From: Tubulanus polymorphus
Taxonomy: Eukaryota > Animalia > Nemertea
Direction of reading: 5' to 3'
Length of the DNA: 64,000 nt
Assembly (NCBI RefSeq): GCF_964204645.1
Contig: NC_134028.1
Location: 2,976,001-3,040,000, forward strand
Position 1 is the first letter of the stretch, and each line of letters opens with the position of its first letter. This document shows, one piece after another, positions 1 to 14,700 of this stretch. A program made the position numbers and the translations under genes. A model generated the notes under the pieces. That model was not told the DNA's origin. It did not search any database and saw nothing but the letters and a program-made list of their open reading frames with translations.

Positions 1-3000
1 TTTGATCCCTTCGACCTCGGAGATCAGACCACTTCGTTTCACAAGTTGTCATCATCATGTAGATGTATATTGAGTATAATATCGTCTTTTTCTCGATCAA
101 ATTGACTTTAGCGAAGTTGACCGTGAATACGTTTGAAATTCATGCCGTCGGGATTTCCGGATTATCGTGTTTATTACAATTGGTTTGGAAAATATTTATC
201 AAAAATCTAAAGAACTTCAATCATCGAGAAACTCGATTCGTAATAAGTCGCCGCAACTATTGTTTTAGTTAGTCACTGGATCTAGAATCTGATGTTATGA
301 ATTTGGGCGCGTTGTTTTAAGATATAAAGAGGAAATTCCATTTGAATTGTGTCATCCACTGAATACAATGCTAGCGTAAGTATATAAGTGCGTATCATAT
401 TACGTTGACGAGCATTTTCTTCGATTTCCTAAAAGACTTCGATCGAAGGTGAGGAAATTTTGTCGGGAATTCACAGCGAATGATTGATATTTACATAAAA
501 TCAAAGAAAGAATTATGTGGGAGGAGTTTTTCATGACGTTTACATTTCGATTTTAGCTTTCATATCTGCATGTGATCTTTCAGTTTTTGAATGTTATGTT
601 TTTGGCAAACATTACATCAAAAACAACATTGAACTTAACAAGCTTAGCCGATGGGGGAAGTGAAGGGCGGGCGCTTGTTCGGCATGGAAATGTCATTTAT
701 GCATCCATTTCATGTATTAAACTCAAACATATTCGTTTGTTATAATCTAGTATTCAATAAATATAGACATAGCTTTCATAGCGAAAATGATGTTAAAGAT
801 TTCGACTCCACCCTAGAATTTGATTTCTTCATTGGTAACAATGTGACATCATTTATGATGGACATAGCTACTCAGCATATTTACCTATACCTCAGGAAAA
901 TCTAAAAATGCATAGTGAGCAGGAATTTGCAAGTATTAGACGTTTTAAGGAAATGGGTTACTTCAATGTCGGGTGATAGTCCGGACCTTAAGACTCCCGC
1001 TAGACTACAGGACTAGGCTAGGGGCTGATTTATTAGTAACCATATGTTTCTCTTCATGGCTAAATTCACTGTTATGAAATGCAACTTATACATGTAACAG
1101 AATACATTCGGCCTTAATTATATTAATATGTGTAAATACTTGTATGTTTATAATGCCATATAAAGACTACGTGGTTGGTCTCGGTGTATTAGATTAGCTA
1201 AGCTAATCATAGTTCAAATATCATTGGTCTGTATGCAAATGTGAACGCTGCCATTTTCGAGCACCTCAAAGATGGAGGTAAGATTCGTATGAAGGATATG
1301 AGTTACTTTCTGTGAATAACATCTATAAAAGGCTCGTTTTATTAAGATATCTTTAATATTCAGTATAACACGGGTATAAGTTTGCGGCAGCGGCGTTCTA
1401 TTTCTATTTCGATGTATTTTCCCTGAGGATGTTTGTTATGATTGATCTGATTTATAAATAGATTAATCGCAGGTTTTACCATATATTGATGTTGTATATT
1501 GATTATGTATCAAACTCTCGATAGATACGCTTTGATTGTGTTATAGTTTATACATGTTTTACCGTGAGCGCCTCCTTGTTTTAAGTCTTTCTTATTCGTA
1601 TATGTCGGCGAGAATCAGTAGAAAAAGTGGTTCCGGACCCGGTTTCACAAAAAAGGTGGAACTGAATTTTCGCTGTGTGCTGTTGGTTTCTTCATGTTTT
1701 CGATGAGGACGAGAATTAAATCATAACAGTTTTAAGCTTGAATTTACTCCTGAAGATGGCTTAAATGTTTCGTTAGCTTTTTACATGAAGCTTTTGTGCG
1801 ACAAAATTTTTTCAGAGTTTAAACCTTTTCAATTGGAGTTACGCGTAGACGGCTTTTGCCGTCTTTGGCCTGTAAATTTGCACACCACTCTAAGCGATGA
1901 TTGTCTATACGCCGATGGATAAGCAGATAAGCAGTATCGCGGCTTTCGTTTCCTAGAAACTGCCGGAATATTCTGATTGGAAATCAAATCTCGGCAGTAG
2001 AGATCGATGGAGGCTGTGTCGCTCTTTATACGGTGCCTGCTAGATTCTATAAATCAAATTCCTACTCTTTGTGCGTCTGCGTCTTGGGCACTTCAATCCC
2101 GTCGAGTACGAAGCTAAACGAATTTAACGCTGATTGTGATGAAATTTGTCTGAATTTACGCAGAGAATCGTTCGTTCGTATATAGGCCCTACTTAATACG
2201 CCTGGAGGGTTCTGTATTGTCGAGACTGTTGATGTATCAAATAACATTGTTAGTGATCTGCAGTAATCCGAAGTATCTCTGATCCGAGCCCCCGAAGGAA
2301 TTATGAATGCAGAGTTTTAAAGCGATTTTTATGATGACGTCATGTTTTGAATATACTTTGATGTCGTGTATTGAAATGACTTGACCTACATCAATCTTTT
2401 TAAAATCGTTAACCCTTTCCTGCCGAATGCGTCGTTATTCCGGTCGCACTTTCCAGGATCTCTGCGGACAGTAAAGTGCTGCCCCCTAGATACTCACTAC
2501 AATGAATGGTAGTTCATATTTCAGTCGGAAGATTGCAATATCATCGAAGTAAAGAATTTAACAGAGAATAGGGGTCAATAGAAAACACTTTGACCATGGC
2601 CGCAGTGAAGAAAGGCTGAACGAATGCGATATATGGTTTAATGAAGCGCTGAAGATAATAAAACACTAGTTTATCTTGTTATCGATATTCAATTGTCGAT
2701 TATAATTTTTCCCGCCGATGCGCGATACATCGATACTCGTCCACATCGCATCTCGATGTGTGTCGAATAATTTGACGGATGGCTGCTTGTTCGTTCGTGC
2801 ACTTGCTCGAGTTTATTTTCCGCTCTGTAGGGATTTGAAATCCGACGGAAGAAAAGCTGATTCATAAAAGGCCTGGTAGGTCTGATAACACCATCAGTTC
2901 GGTCTCTCTATTGTAATATACAGTCTTTTGTCATGCTAAGCGTCTGCTAAAGCAATTGTCATTAATCATCGGGTCTTCGATCGTTTAAGGGTAGTAAATT

Positions 3001-6000
3001 TTCTTACCATATTACTCATAGATTTGTCAGTTGGTTGTTTGAGTTGATGTAGTCAACTGCTACCCGATATTACACTCATTTTCTGCTCTCGTTTTCGGGA
3101 TTGTTTTGTGACTGTGTAGTCTGTATGATTCAGATAGAACACTCAGTTCGGAGATGACCTCATCTTAGCGAAATAATTAGATTAAACGACGAAAAGATTG
3201 CACTCGTATATGTGTAATTGTGGAAGGCAGAAGCGAGTCCTGCTAGTGTATATGGGAAAAGGTTTCGGGCTGATTCATCGGTAACTAAATGTTTCTCTTC
3301 GAATTAGAATTGACGACAAAAAGACCGGACTGCTGCATGTGCATTCATGGAAATCCAACTAATCTAAGTGTCCTGGTGACTCGGACTTACTCGGTAGAAT
3401 ATTACAAGGATAGATCAGCTACGATTGGATTAGATACAAGAATCGTTTATGAAGTTGATTTTTTCCAAATAAACGGCCTCATCTGCTGGTATCGCTGCGG
3501 AGCTATAGAAACTGAACAATAACACTTGCGTCATGTCGCACTCTTACAAACTGGTTTTATTGATGAGGATCACGAATTGCTACATCATTGAAAAACGTCG
3601 CGCTTAATTCGTTTTGACCCAAATACAAGTGAATATTCACCTGACAAAGCTTTTTGAGAGAACGTTTTTTGGTTCGAAAATTCAAATACAGCCTTTTCAG
3701 TGGATGTCGGGATACATAAGGTAAACTATTCCTGCTTGACGCTTTTCATCGCGTGGTTTCAAATGGAGGGAAATTTAAAGCTGTGTAATGTGAGTTTCAG
3801 TTACGTCTGAGACGTGTGGCGATTTCAGTAGATTTAACGTTCGATCCCAGGCGTGATTGCGATATCGACGTCCAGTTCGATAGCGTCACACGACGTAATC
3901 GACAACGACGAAATACCAATAATCATTAGAATGATTTCGATCATCTAGGTGGCGTCGCTATACGCGGATTATGCGTGAAATTTCTCTGATTAGGCGGGAA
4001 AAAAATATCATATCCGTAAGAGCTGTAGACGTTACAGTGCGGCGACTGAGGAGTGTGTGTCGTCCTCATACGAGTTCAATGCACCCAATCAAGCTGTGTA
4101 CGGAAGATTGATGAATCGAATACATAAACAGTTGATCCGGATTCATGTTCATGTTGAGATAAAGATACTGTTGAAGAAGTAGGAGACGAATGATGATCAT
4201 CGCGCGCGCGCGCTAGTCATACATGAATCACAATTACATGAGCAGTCGTATTAAGACTATTCCGCGGCAGTTGCAGCGATTTATCACCGTTAAACCGACG
4301 ACATTCCGTGCAAATCACGGCGATCGTATGAAAACAGTTGACGATTCAACAACCGCGACCGAGAGACAGAGATAGAGACAATCATCTTCTAATAGAGAAA
4401 CAACCTCCGACAAACGACTATCTTCATTACAGCGAAATTACGGTTAAAGATAATACGCTTTTCGTACTGAAATTCTGAGATACTTCGATCGAAATAACTG
4501 TTAATCAAGTGCGTCTTAAAACGTCATCACGTCCACGTAATGATTTACGGATTATTCTACTCCCCGAGTTAGAACGTCATCGGGACGAGCGTGAAACTCG
4601 TAGGTGGTCTCATCGTTATCTGCTCCGGCAAATTCTTTCATCCGAAACCCCCGTTCAACTCGCGGCAAATTGAAATAGTTATGTCACGATAAATCGTTGT
4701 GTTTGAATGAACGTCGCGAGTACCGTTGAGAGAATTATTGAAGATAAATTGTAAATCTGCTGGGAATTTTTGAGTCTCTGTGTCTGTACGTTGCTAGCGT
4801 GGGCGGCAGCAGGCTGTTTCACTGTTTCGCTGTTTGTTCAAAGGCAACATTTTCAATCAATTATTCTTAATGGTCTCCGCAGTATCTGTTGTCATTGTCG
4901 CTGCACCGGAATTGTGTCAAGGTCGAGGCCACGCGGCTACCTGCGAGATGATGACGACGTGTCGTGGTTATTTTTGTAGACGATCGACCAATCGTACAGC
5001 TGACCCATACGTCTAACTAGCCGATAATATCGCGCCGCAATTAATCGCACGAAATCAAAGCCAAGATTCGTTTTGTCGCGTCGGTTCATTACTGATACAT
5101 TGGAAGACTTTCATCGATAATTCAGCTCGCGAGATATATCAGAGATCTATACCAGTAAGTCGCCGGGTTTCAGACGGATTACACGCGCGCCATCGATGAT
5201 GAAAAATGCCGTTTTCGGCCATATTTTCATGCGGTCGCTTCATGATCGTATCGACATTACCTGAAAACGGTGAACGTTCCTCACGGTGAACGCTCCTCAC
5301 AGGGAACGCTGCTCACGTGTCGATGAGCTCCTCACGTACTGATCAGCGTCGTATTGCAGTTGATTAAAATGGATGATACAAAGCTCTTTAGATAATCAAC
5401 TGAGTAGACGATTCGCTTAAACCGAACACATTTTCGTATAGATATTCGTCGAACGCAAGGTCGAAATGTTTATCAGGCGCCGGGGAAAGTTACCGATGAA
5501 GAAATCTTACGAGTTAAGACTTCATTTTCTTTTTAGTTTGGTTTTCATCGCTGGAAACTATTCAACGATCAGTTGAGTCTAGACTGCCGATAAAAAAAAA
5601 CCCCGGGACTTAAACCGATAAGTTTACTCATAACGGAGTAAATCTGGAATGGTTTGTCGAGGAAATTGAACATTTGCTGCTGCGGGTAATTTAAAGGAAG
5701 CAATAGGAGCTGCTATTGGTGGTGTTACTGCCGAGTTGGTTGTTAGACTCAGCTACTCGGATCAGCAGTACGGCATCGGTTATCCGAATATTCTTCGGGA
5801 TAACGGTTGTTACTTCAGGCGTTCTATATTTGTTAGCGGGATTTTCTATCGAAACCGAATGCGCGTGTCGACGCGTTTTTCGTTACCGGCGTCAAGAACT
5901 TCGGGAAAAGAGCAGTAGGCCAGCGGGTGAACTGTTTTATCTTATTACGTCAGATATATAAAGCGTTTTGATAAGGTTAGATTAGAAAAAAGTTTACCAG

Positions 6001-6368
6001 GAAAAACAGTGGAATGAACGTAGGAAGATATGGGCTTATCGGTTGACATATTCACTATGCGCGACGAGTGTTAATTTCTTATGACGCGAACGAACGAGAC
6101 GCAGATCTCGGTAATTCCATCAAACAGTTATCAAGTAGAGTTTGTTAACGATGTTGAAGAGGCTGAAACGACTTCATTCGTTTCGGTATTAACCTAGATC
6201 ATCGAGAGGAAATTCCGAATTCGCTTCTCGGAAAACATCTTTAGTTTTAAGATTTTGCAGTTATTTATCGCTTGCGCGTAATATTCTCGAGACTGAAGGA
6301 TAAAGCGCGTCCGCATGTACTAATATCGAAAGAGTTATTGATGTGAGAATACCCTGACTATACGCGAC

Positions 6369-6448
6369 ATGGATTTACTGGCGCGTGTAGTCTGCTGTAA
6401 AAAACCTCTCGGACCGTATGCAAATGCTATCGGAATAGAACCTATCGG
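6369..6448 (+). CDS. Candidate alternative first coding exon of RAPGEF2/6 (MDLLARVVCCKKPLGPYANAIGIEPI-G)
   Basis: ATG in gacATGg context, open to a consensus gg|GTAAGT donor in phase 2, which matches the phase-2 acceptor of exon 11746; lies at the end of a CpG-rich stretch (about 3850-6450). Confidence 0.55.
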
Positions 6449-6546
6449 GTAAGTTATTGATGGCGCAATCATAGAACATTTATCGATTATCGCCGGCTAT
6501 TTTCGGTAGAAATCTAGATTACATTGAAAATAGATGATGATATACA

Positions 6547-6573
6547 CAGCAGCAGCAGCAGCAGCAGCAGCAG
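6547..6573. repeat. (CAG)9 microsatellite, intronic
   Basis: Direct inspection. Confidence 0.95.
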
Positions 6574-9500
6574 CGGTAGTGGTAGTAGGTCAAGGAGATG
6601 TCTAGTAATTCTATAGGTTTTTGACTTCAGTTGTGAATTCTCGCAAAAAATAACGCAATTCCAAAGCTTTTTGCCTTAATGTGAATCGATCGATTTGACA
6701 AGTGTGAAGTTTATGAAAAATATATGTATGAATCTGACAGGTGGATTTAATGCTCGTAAATCAGTCGAGGAGCTCGATCTCTGTATTTCTGTTCTAAATT
6801 TACTTCATAATTATACCCTGAACAGTGACGATGGTAATGTGATCTGTACCGGCGCTGCGCCGCTGCCGCCGCCGCCGTCAATGTCTATGGTTTCTCTGGT
6901 ATTCAGTCCGCACACCTGACATTTCCTTCATCCAGACATCAGAGTTTTTACAGGTGTCACTCATTTGGCTATATTTAGTGATTTTCGAGAAAACTAACTT
7001 GAATGTTTATGGACACTTGTAAAATAACACATATGTGCCGCTTAATATTGTCAACAACAAATAATATAATATGAATTATATAATATTATGGATCAGTGAA
7101 GTATTTCGATTTTGAATGTATTGATAATCGAGTTGAAGTGACCAGCAACCGGTCTGGCCCTGATATATTGATGCAAAGTGCACATCCTCTCAGAATAGTT
7201 ATCAAAATTTATTTTAAAAAAAAAACAAAATCAGAAATATAGCTGCAAAGCAGCGATAACGGGTTTTCTGGATGCATGTGATCGAAAGGAAAAATTAATT
7301 ACCGGGTATTTGATGGAAAAAATAAAATGAGATGATTTGGATATTATCGGAGCAATCCTCTGTTTGGTTGAATGGTCTAACCCCAGTATAGTCCCCCGTG
7401 ATTTGGAAATTCTCGGAGCCCTCCTTTATTTACTTACTAAATGACGTCACAAACTGTTATTTCGCCGGTGCTTGTTGTTTAAAAATTCAATTCAATTCTT
7501 TATTTACAGTAACCTAATAAGTAATTTTAAGTTTCAAATAGGATGGAAAGTACATTCAGACAATCTGTTGGTTCAGAGAGACCGTTGTTACAGTATCAAT
7601 TTATACATTTCGTTTCGAAGCTGTCAGTTGCCGAATCTGAATGAAGAATTTTATTCGATGAAATCGGCGGAAAATATATAATAATAATAATCAACAGAAT
7701 TTCAAGAGGGTTTTCGACGAAAGTCAGAAAACCCTAATTAAGATGCCAAAATTTATAGTTATAGTTGTTATTTTGAAACACTAATAGTGATGATGTTCAA
7801 TTCATACTGAACCCCCTAAATAACGCAAGGTATCAATGTTTATAAACATTATTATAACGGTTGGCATAAAAAATGAAGTTATACCATGCTGCGTCAATTT
7901 GTGAAAATGAATGTTAACAAATTGATTATCAAGGTGATTAAGGTAGTCTCAACTAGGACTCTTCATGTGACTGTTTCAATGATGTCGTTGATAGGTTTAC
8001 TGTCATTAATGAATGAATATCCGTGAAGAACGTTCTGATTAGATTTGGTATAAATCGTGATATTTGTGTTGATTCTACTGTGGTGTGTGTCGTCAGGTTT
8101 ATACACGGAGAGAAGATTTATTCAGTTAATGTAAGCAGTGTGAGTGTAGGAACCGTCATTTCCTCGGACGATGGTCACTGCACTAATGCAAAGCTTAGTC
8201 GTAAAGCTGTGAAATTTATTGTACATTTCCAGTGCGGTTGACTTGTATTACTTTCTCGATGAAATGAGCGTCTATTTGGAGAAATCTACTGCGAGCTTCG
8301 AATGTCTACGTCATTACTGCTCGAGTTGCGCATTTGAAAGCAATATTTGTTGGGATCGTGACAAATCTAATCATAACCGTTACAGTGATTGAAGACCATT
8401 TTTATTTCCTGATTTAGAAGAAACGCATCAAAACCTATTTCCATCTTTGTTTTCATTTTTTGTTTATTTTTGGCGTTCGAGGTATATTTATGACTCGTTA
8501 GCCGTGACATGTAATTAATAGAAATGGATATTGAGTCGAGGTGTGGCAGTAATCGCGCTTCCTCCGATTGTCGTTTCTAATTTTGATCGGTGTTGCCTCC
8601 GCAATCCTTGAGAACATCTCTCCCTGTCAACACGATAGACCGAGGCAGGACATTTCTTGAAAAGGTTATTTCTCTTACCAGGTTTTATCTCGGCCCGAAT
8701 TGTTCCAAGTAGTTTTTCATTTCTCCGAATTCATAAAACTCGATAGCGGTAATAATCATTTTTGCCTTATTCCTAAAACTGCTCGTATTTGGTGTATAGA
8801 TTATGAATAAAGTGACCGCTGCAGCCTTATTACTGCATCTACTAAACTCATCTTCACTAAGAACATGCATTATCGCTGGTTGTTCGGCATTGTGGGCGTA
8901 GTATATCTATTCTCCATCACGATATGTAAAGTCTTTGGCGGCGGTCGCTGGTGGCATCGGTATTCTCCGTCATGCTGTCAGTATCAGTGGTTGGATTTTA
9001 GTTTGATTAATCTCATTGTCAGATTGGGTCAGAATTGATGGTAAACCATGAATAATTCATTTTATGTATCGCTGATGGTCCCTACGTGGTATTATACACT
9101 TGGCTTTTACAGCCAAACTTTGCACCGGAGACTTCAATGGCTATTAGTATCATTGAAATGAATGATGTCTGTTTGATTATGATGGATGTTGTTTGTGATA
9201 AGTTTGGTCATTGTTGGAGTACTGAACTGTCTTCCCCGATCTACGAGCATAGCTCTTTCCTCAAGGTTTGATTTTTTCAATTTTAGAGAGTATCTTAATC
9301 TAAGGAATACTAGATCCTCAAATTTCAGTTTCCCCAGCAAATTAAAGTTTGTTATGCCAGTTTGCCTTTGATTTAAGTTCGCAATCAAGAGAAGTATTTA
9401 ATCAATTTCTTCTAACGTGGTGGAATCAAAAATTTCTTTTATTGTCGTCCAGATAGTTTCATTTCAATTTTTGGTTTTCCAACAAAAAAATCTAGTACAC

Positions 9501-11745
9501 TCTGCGGATACCGGGCCTTGCTTCTACTCTCATTGGCTCGGATGCGTTGCATATTTTGTTAAATCATCACAAATACTCGACATGCATGACTATTACCAGT
9601 ATAATCAGTAGTCACTAATTGTGGTGGATTTTTTTGTGTGGTTTTTGTTGTAAGCCACGCCCAACAACAAATGATTATTACCACCACCAGCACGCGCTGC
9701 TGAAAAACATCGCAATTGAATTCGCTTGAAACCTGCGGCGAAATTCACATCTAAATTTAGGCCCATTTATCAAGAAGCCTAATTGATTCACGGAATGGTT
9801 GCTTCGTTTTCCTTATAAAGCTTCTCGCTTGCTTGATCCTTGACTTTGCCTTCGGTCATGTTGTTACTGTACTAGGACACTGATTAATGAAAGCCTATAA
9901 ATAGAAGAATTGATTTGTCACTGGATGGGAGAGAGAGGTCAACTAGTGATTTCTTATTTCCGTACGGAATACCAATTCTTTTTATCGTTAAACTCCTATT
10001 TTTGTAGTGATCGATGCCAACAGTCACACACACTATCTCAAGGAGAATCTGACGATTTCAGTAAATGAGAAAATACATGATTTCAATTATGCTGTATTGA
10101 GTTTTATTTGAAATGCGTGGATATTTTTTTGTAGTCCTTTGACTGATTTATCGCGATAGTCTGTACAGTTTGTGTATGATTTAGTTGTTGTAACTTGATG
10201 AATCTTCATACATTAATTCAGTATTAAATCCATATAAATCATTGCCAGTGTTATTATCAATAACCGGAGTCTAGAGGAATGTTGATTAGATCGCGCTCTC
10301 GTAGTGTGTTTATCCTCAGGGAATACTGATGAACTGACTCTGTATTTGTGCATTGAATATTCAAATGCTTTTACTTGAATTTTCATTCCTCGCCTCATGT
10401 TATTCAGAATGTTCTGAATTAAATTAGTCCGCGTTAAGACCACATTCTGGACCAATTAAGACCGACCGAAAAAGGCCGATCGATGTCTCAGAACACACCA
10501 TTTCTTTTTTGAGTGAATAGAATCTTTGCTTTGATTGTTTGTCGATAAGAGTGTTGGCCTATCTGGACTAGTGATAGCAGCGGATTTAGAAACGTGATTT
10601 GGTCCGCTCTTAATTGGTCCATTCCATGAATGGACCAGTTGTATTTGAGCGATTGTTTGAATGCGGCTTTATTCCGAAGTACTGAAACATTAGACTGTTG
10701 TTAAGGACGACAAAGATCAAGTTTCTTGTATAAATATCAGCCTAGTCGTTGAATACCTTGTTTTCAGGTTTGAAAGAGCATTGCAATAATAATTGTACCT
10801 GGATATCCTTGGGAATTGTCTGAAGTGTCATATAAACTCTGTATGAAATGAAAACCTACAACTGATCTTTTATGAAAATGAAACCATACATTTTACAGTG
10901 ACACAATAAATCCAGGCAGTATGAAAAGTGAGCATTTTTAAGCGAATCAAAAGCTTGTGATGTATATATGTACCGTATATATATATGAAAGAGAGTTTAT
11001 TGAGATATCAAGATCTATGTATGTCCTCAGCATTGCTTGATTATTTTCTGTTACAAAAACATTTAATAAACTTCATTTTGAAATCTCATTTGCATGCTTG
11101 AATTTGCCACGCTTATTTCGACATCTGAAAAAGTCTTGAAACCTTTAAATTCGAGAAATTTCTCAGCCTTTCTGCCTCTCATAACTTGAGACTGTTCTAC
11201 GTTGAGCAGATGAATGTAGATCAAGGTTTATAGCTTCGCCAACTGGATCTCTATCAGTGGGGAACATTACGAGCTGCAGTAGATCATTTTAAGAATGTTT
11301 TACTCATCTCTCACACATCACTTGTGTGTTCACCTGAATAAAGACTCTATGTTGAGTAACCAAAATCCAGTAATCTATGGGAACACTGAGGGATATACTA
11401 GTATAGACGAAATGTACATTTAGGAATGAGGTTTCCATTTTTCAATAGATCTTTATCTTCTCTTTCTAATATCGGAAGCTCAGTGTTTAGCTGACTGCGA
11501 TGACTGCGCAAGTTGACTCAATGTGTTTTAATTATCACCGTTTCGAAATCAAATCATGTGAATTATTGAAAACCGTGTTTAAAATGATGCAACACTTTTA
11601 ATCGAATTTCACTTACGAGAAGAAGCGGTAGTTGCAGTAGTTGTGTTATGGAGATGTACAATTTAATGTTTCATTATGTAAAGGAATTAATACGACTGAC
11701 TGAAAGACTTTGTGAATAATGTTTTCTTTTTTGAATATTTTCTAG

Positions 11746-14700
11746 CTTTGGTAAGCGTACGGCCGGATGTAATCGAAGACAAAATGAGTGTCTTGTGCTG
11801 GAGCCTTCAGACATGGTTGTTGTAAGTACGCTTAAAACCACTCCTCTCACTGTCAGTCGATAATAGAATTTTTAAAATTCAGCTTCAGTTTTATTTTTCG
11901 AATAATAGGCGTACATCCGGTGCAATGACCCATTGACAATTCATCCTCAGGCCTGGAAAAACCAGGAATTAATACTGGTTCAAAATATTGACTTTATCAT
12001 CAGTTTTGATAATATTCGTGTACATTCAGTTCATTTAATGAGGAAGTAAGGGATAGATAATTGCGATTTCACCGAAATCGATCCATTTTAGGGACAATTT
12101 ATTCAACCACGATGACCATATTCGTATCTCATGGATGTTTTGTTCTATACAAAAAAGTAAAACGAGCTGAATTTCAGTGTGTATAAATCGGGCGACGCGG
12201 AAGTTATTTCACAGTTTCTGTTCATCAATAACAGTATCCGTTCATGATTCGTTAGATAGAAGCTGAAGTTCCGATGAAAACGAGTTTTGTTTTTTATTCT
12301 ATTTGAAAGTATCATCGGCGGATATTTTTAGATCGGTTCGTCGAGAATCGTGGATCATAATTGCTAGAACATTTTGACATTTAAGCGCCGTTGACGTCAA
12401 TTCAAACTATTTAAGAATTGGAGATACATATAGATTTTCTTCACTTCGTAATTGAACTACGCATCTTCAATTTTTGCGGAGATTGATACAGTTTGTAATC
12501 AGGCATTATCATGGCTGAGTATCTGCCGTTAGGAGACAGGGTCGCGGCGGCCCTCGGAGATTACAGCAGGGTCGCGGTGGCTCCCGGAGATTACAGTAGG
12601 GTCGCTGTGGCTCCCGGAGATTACAGCAGGGTCGTGGTGGCTCCCGGAGGAGATTACGACTGGGTTGCCACAGCTGCCTGCGAACCGTCCAACAACGATG
12701 AAAAGAGTATCACGTTGTCTCTGTCAATTCCTCGTAATTCTACTGTGTCCATCGAGCTAAAACAGGTATGAAAACCGTCTGATTTTGTCATATCTTCAGT
12801 TGATATCCCTTCAGGAGAGGTTCCTGGTGCAAACCGATATCTCATTTTCAAATGAACTCATAAAGTTGGGTGGAAAGATTCCACCCGAAACGTAAGAAAA
12901 AAGGAATAACAGTTGTCTATATTGATATTGTGGGTTTTCTCTCAAAGGTATGAAAATCTTTTTGAGACGATATCGCGTAATTCTAGAGGACAATAGAAAG
13001 ATAGAAAGTACGATAAAAGATGACTAGGTATTAATGAAATTAATCAGTGAGTTGATCCTATCAATGCAGGTTTTATTTGAGTATGCGTCTGTCCGATGTT
13101 GTTAGTATTCACGCTCGTCCTGTAATTACAGTTCACGTCTTTGGCAGAAATTCAGCGCAATCGCTTGCGGCGTTTTGCCGAGTTGTCTCTGATGTTCATC
13201 GACGACCTCGATTAACCCACCGGTAGTTGATACGTCGTCGTGTCACTCGAGGGGGTCGTATCGCGCCGCAACATCTCTCTAACTCAAACTGTCTCTATCG
13301 ATCTATTTAAAATTTGACAGCTTGGATTTTTTCGGGAGAGATCTTTTTAGGGAACAGATGGTCTTTATCAGTTTTTTCATCAGAGGAATAAGAACAAACT
13401 TAGGGATTCAGTTACACAGTTGTGAGTTAGAGTTAACTCCGAACGCAGGATTCAGTTACACAATTGTGAGTTAGAGTTAACTCTGAACTCAGGATTCAGT
13501 TACACAGTTGTGAGTGAGAGTTAACTCCTGAGTTAATAGAGTCAAATCTTAACTCATTGAGTTAATAGAGTCAAATCTTAACTCATTGAGTTAATAGAGT
13601 CAAATCTTAACTCATTGAGTTAATAGAGTCAAATCTAACTCATTGTGGAATGAGTCCTGGGACGAAGCAAGTCTCTGCGTTTATCAAATTCAGTATGACT
13701 TTCAGAGGTTTTTCTCGGATACGTCTCGTTAATGTTTATTTTTTGAGATAAACCGGTCACCATTCATATTCATGTAGGACGTATTGTGATATGCAGTACG
13801 TATTTTGATAAGCAGTACGGTGAGTTCCTCCGATAAGCAGAACGGTCGGTCTCTTGTCGACGACAGTTTGTCGATATCGATAACGCCGCTCTGTTCGACC
13901 GACCGAGGTGGCTGACACAAATCGTGGCAGATTTCCAATAACTTTGGACACCGTCGTCGTCGTCGGTTTCTTGTATTCTTGCATAGATATTCAGGCACAT
14001 TTTTGTCCTAATGATATTTACTGACCTGGATCCAGTGTGATAGTTGACCTGGATCCAGTGTGATAGTTGACCTGGATCCAGTGCGATAGTTGACCTGGAT
14101 CCAGTGCGATAGTTGACCTGGATCCAGTGCGATAGTTGACCTGGATCCAGTGCGATAGTTGACCTGATGCCGAAACTGTACCGGAGTCAGTTTGATTCAA
14201 ACCTTTTGTTTTATTAGCGGGGATTGTCTATTTGATCGGTAGATTGGATTTGGTATCTCGTATAGACCTACCTCACCTGCCGGGAATGATACAAGGGGTT
14301 TGATTTTTAAATTGGATGTTGAAATACAGATATAGTCTGATGATCAGTTGAATCAGAGTTTTGGTTCATGTAAACAATCTTCCATCCAGCCTGAACTTGC
14401 GAGCCACTGATCAGGGATAAGTTGTTGCTTTCCTATTTCGTCATTTCGTTGTGATAATTGAAATTCACCCCCTATCATGTTTTATCTGTTGTGCCCTCGT
14501 GTCGCTCCCAGTTGGTTCGCTCCGCGTCTCGGTAGCGAGCAGAACGAAACACGGTTTCGCGATTAAATCTATCACGGTTCACTGAACGGATTATACCGTC
14601 ATTAAATAGTTAACACCGAGTCAGACGCCGCCAGGCAGACGTTCTATCACCGTTCGTTCTCACACGAGTTCTTCGTTTTTCAGCGAAGAACTACAACAAT

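Noticed and set aside
63-11700. Short ORFs from the six-frame track
   Set aside because: No family resemblance or phase-compatible splice sites; consistent with RAPGEF2/6 intronic sequence.
13560-13640. Second CRISPR-like 29-bp repeat run
   Set aside because: Head-to-tail with no spacers, internal to a MITE-like element.
14023-14166. CRISPR-like array with a palindromic repeat
   Set aside because: No unique spacers, no cas genes, eukaryotic intron; it is a plain minisatellite.
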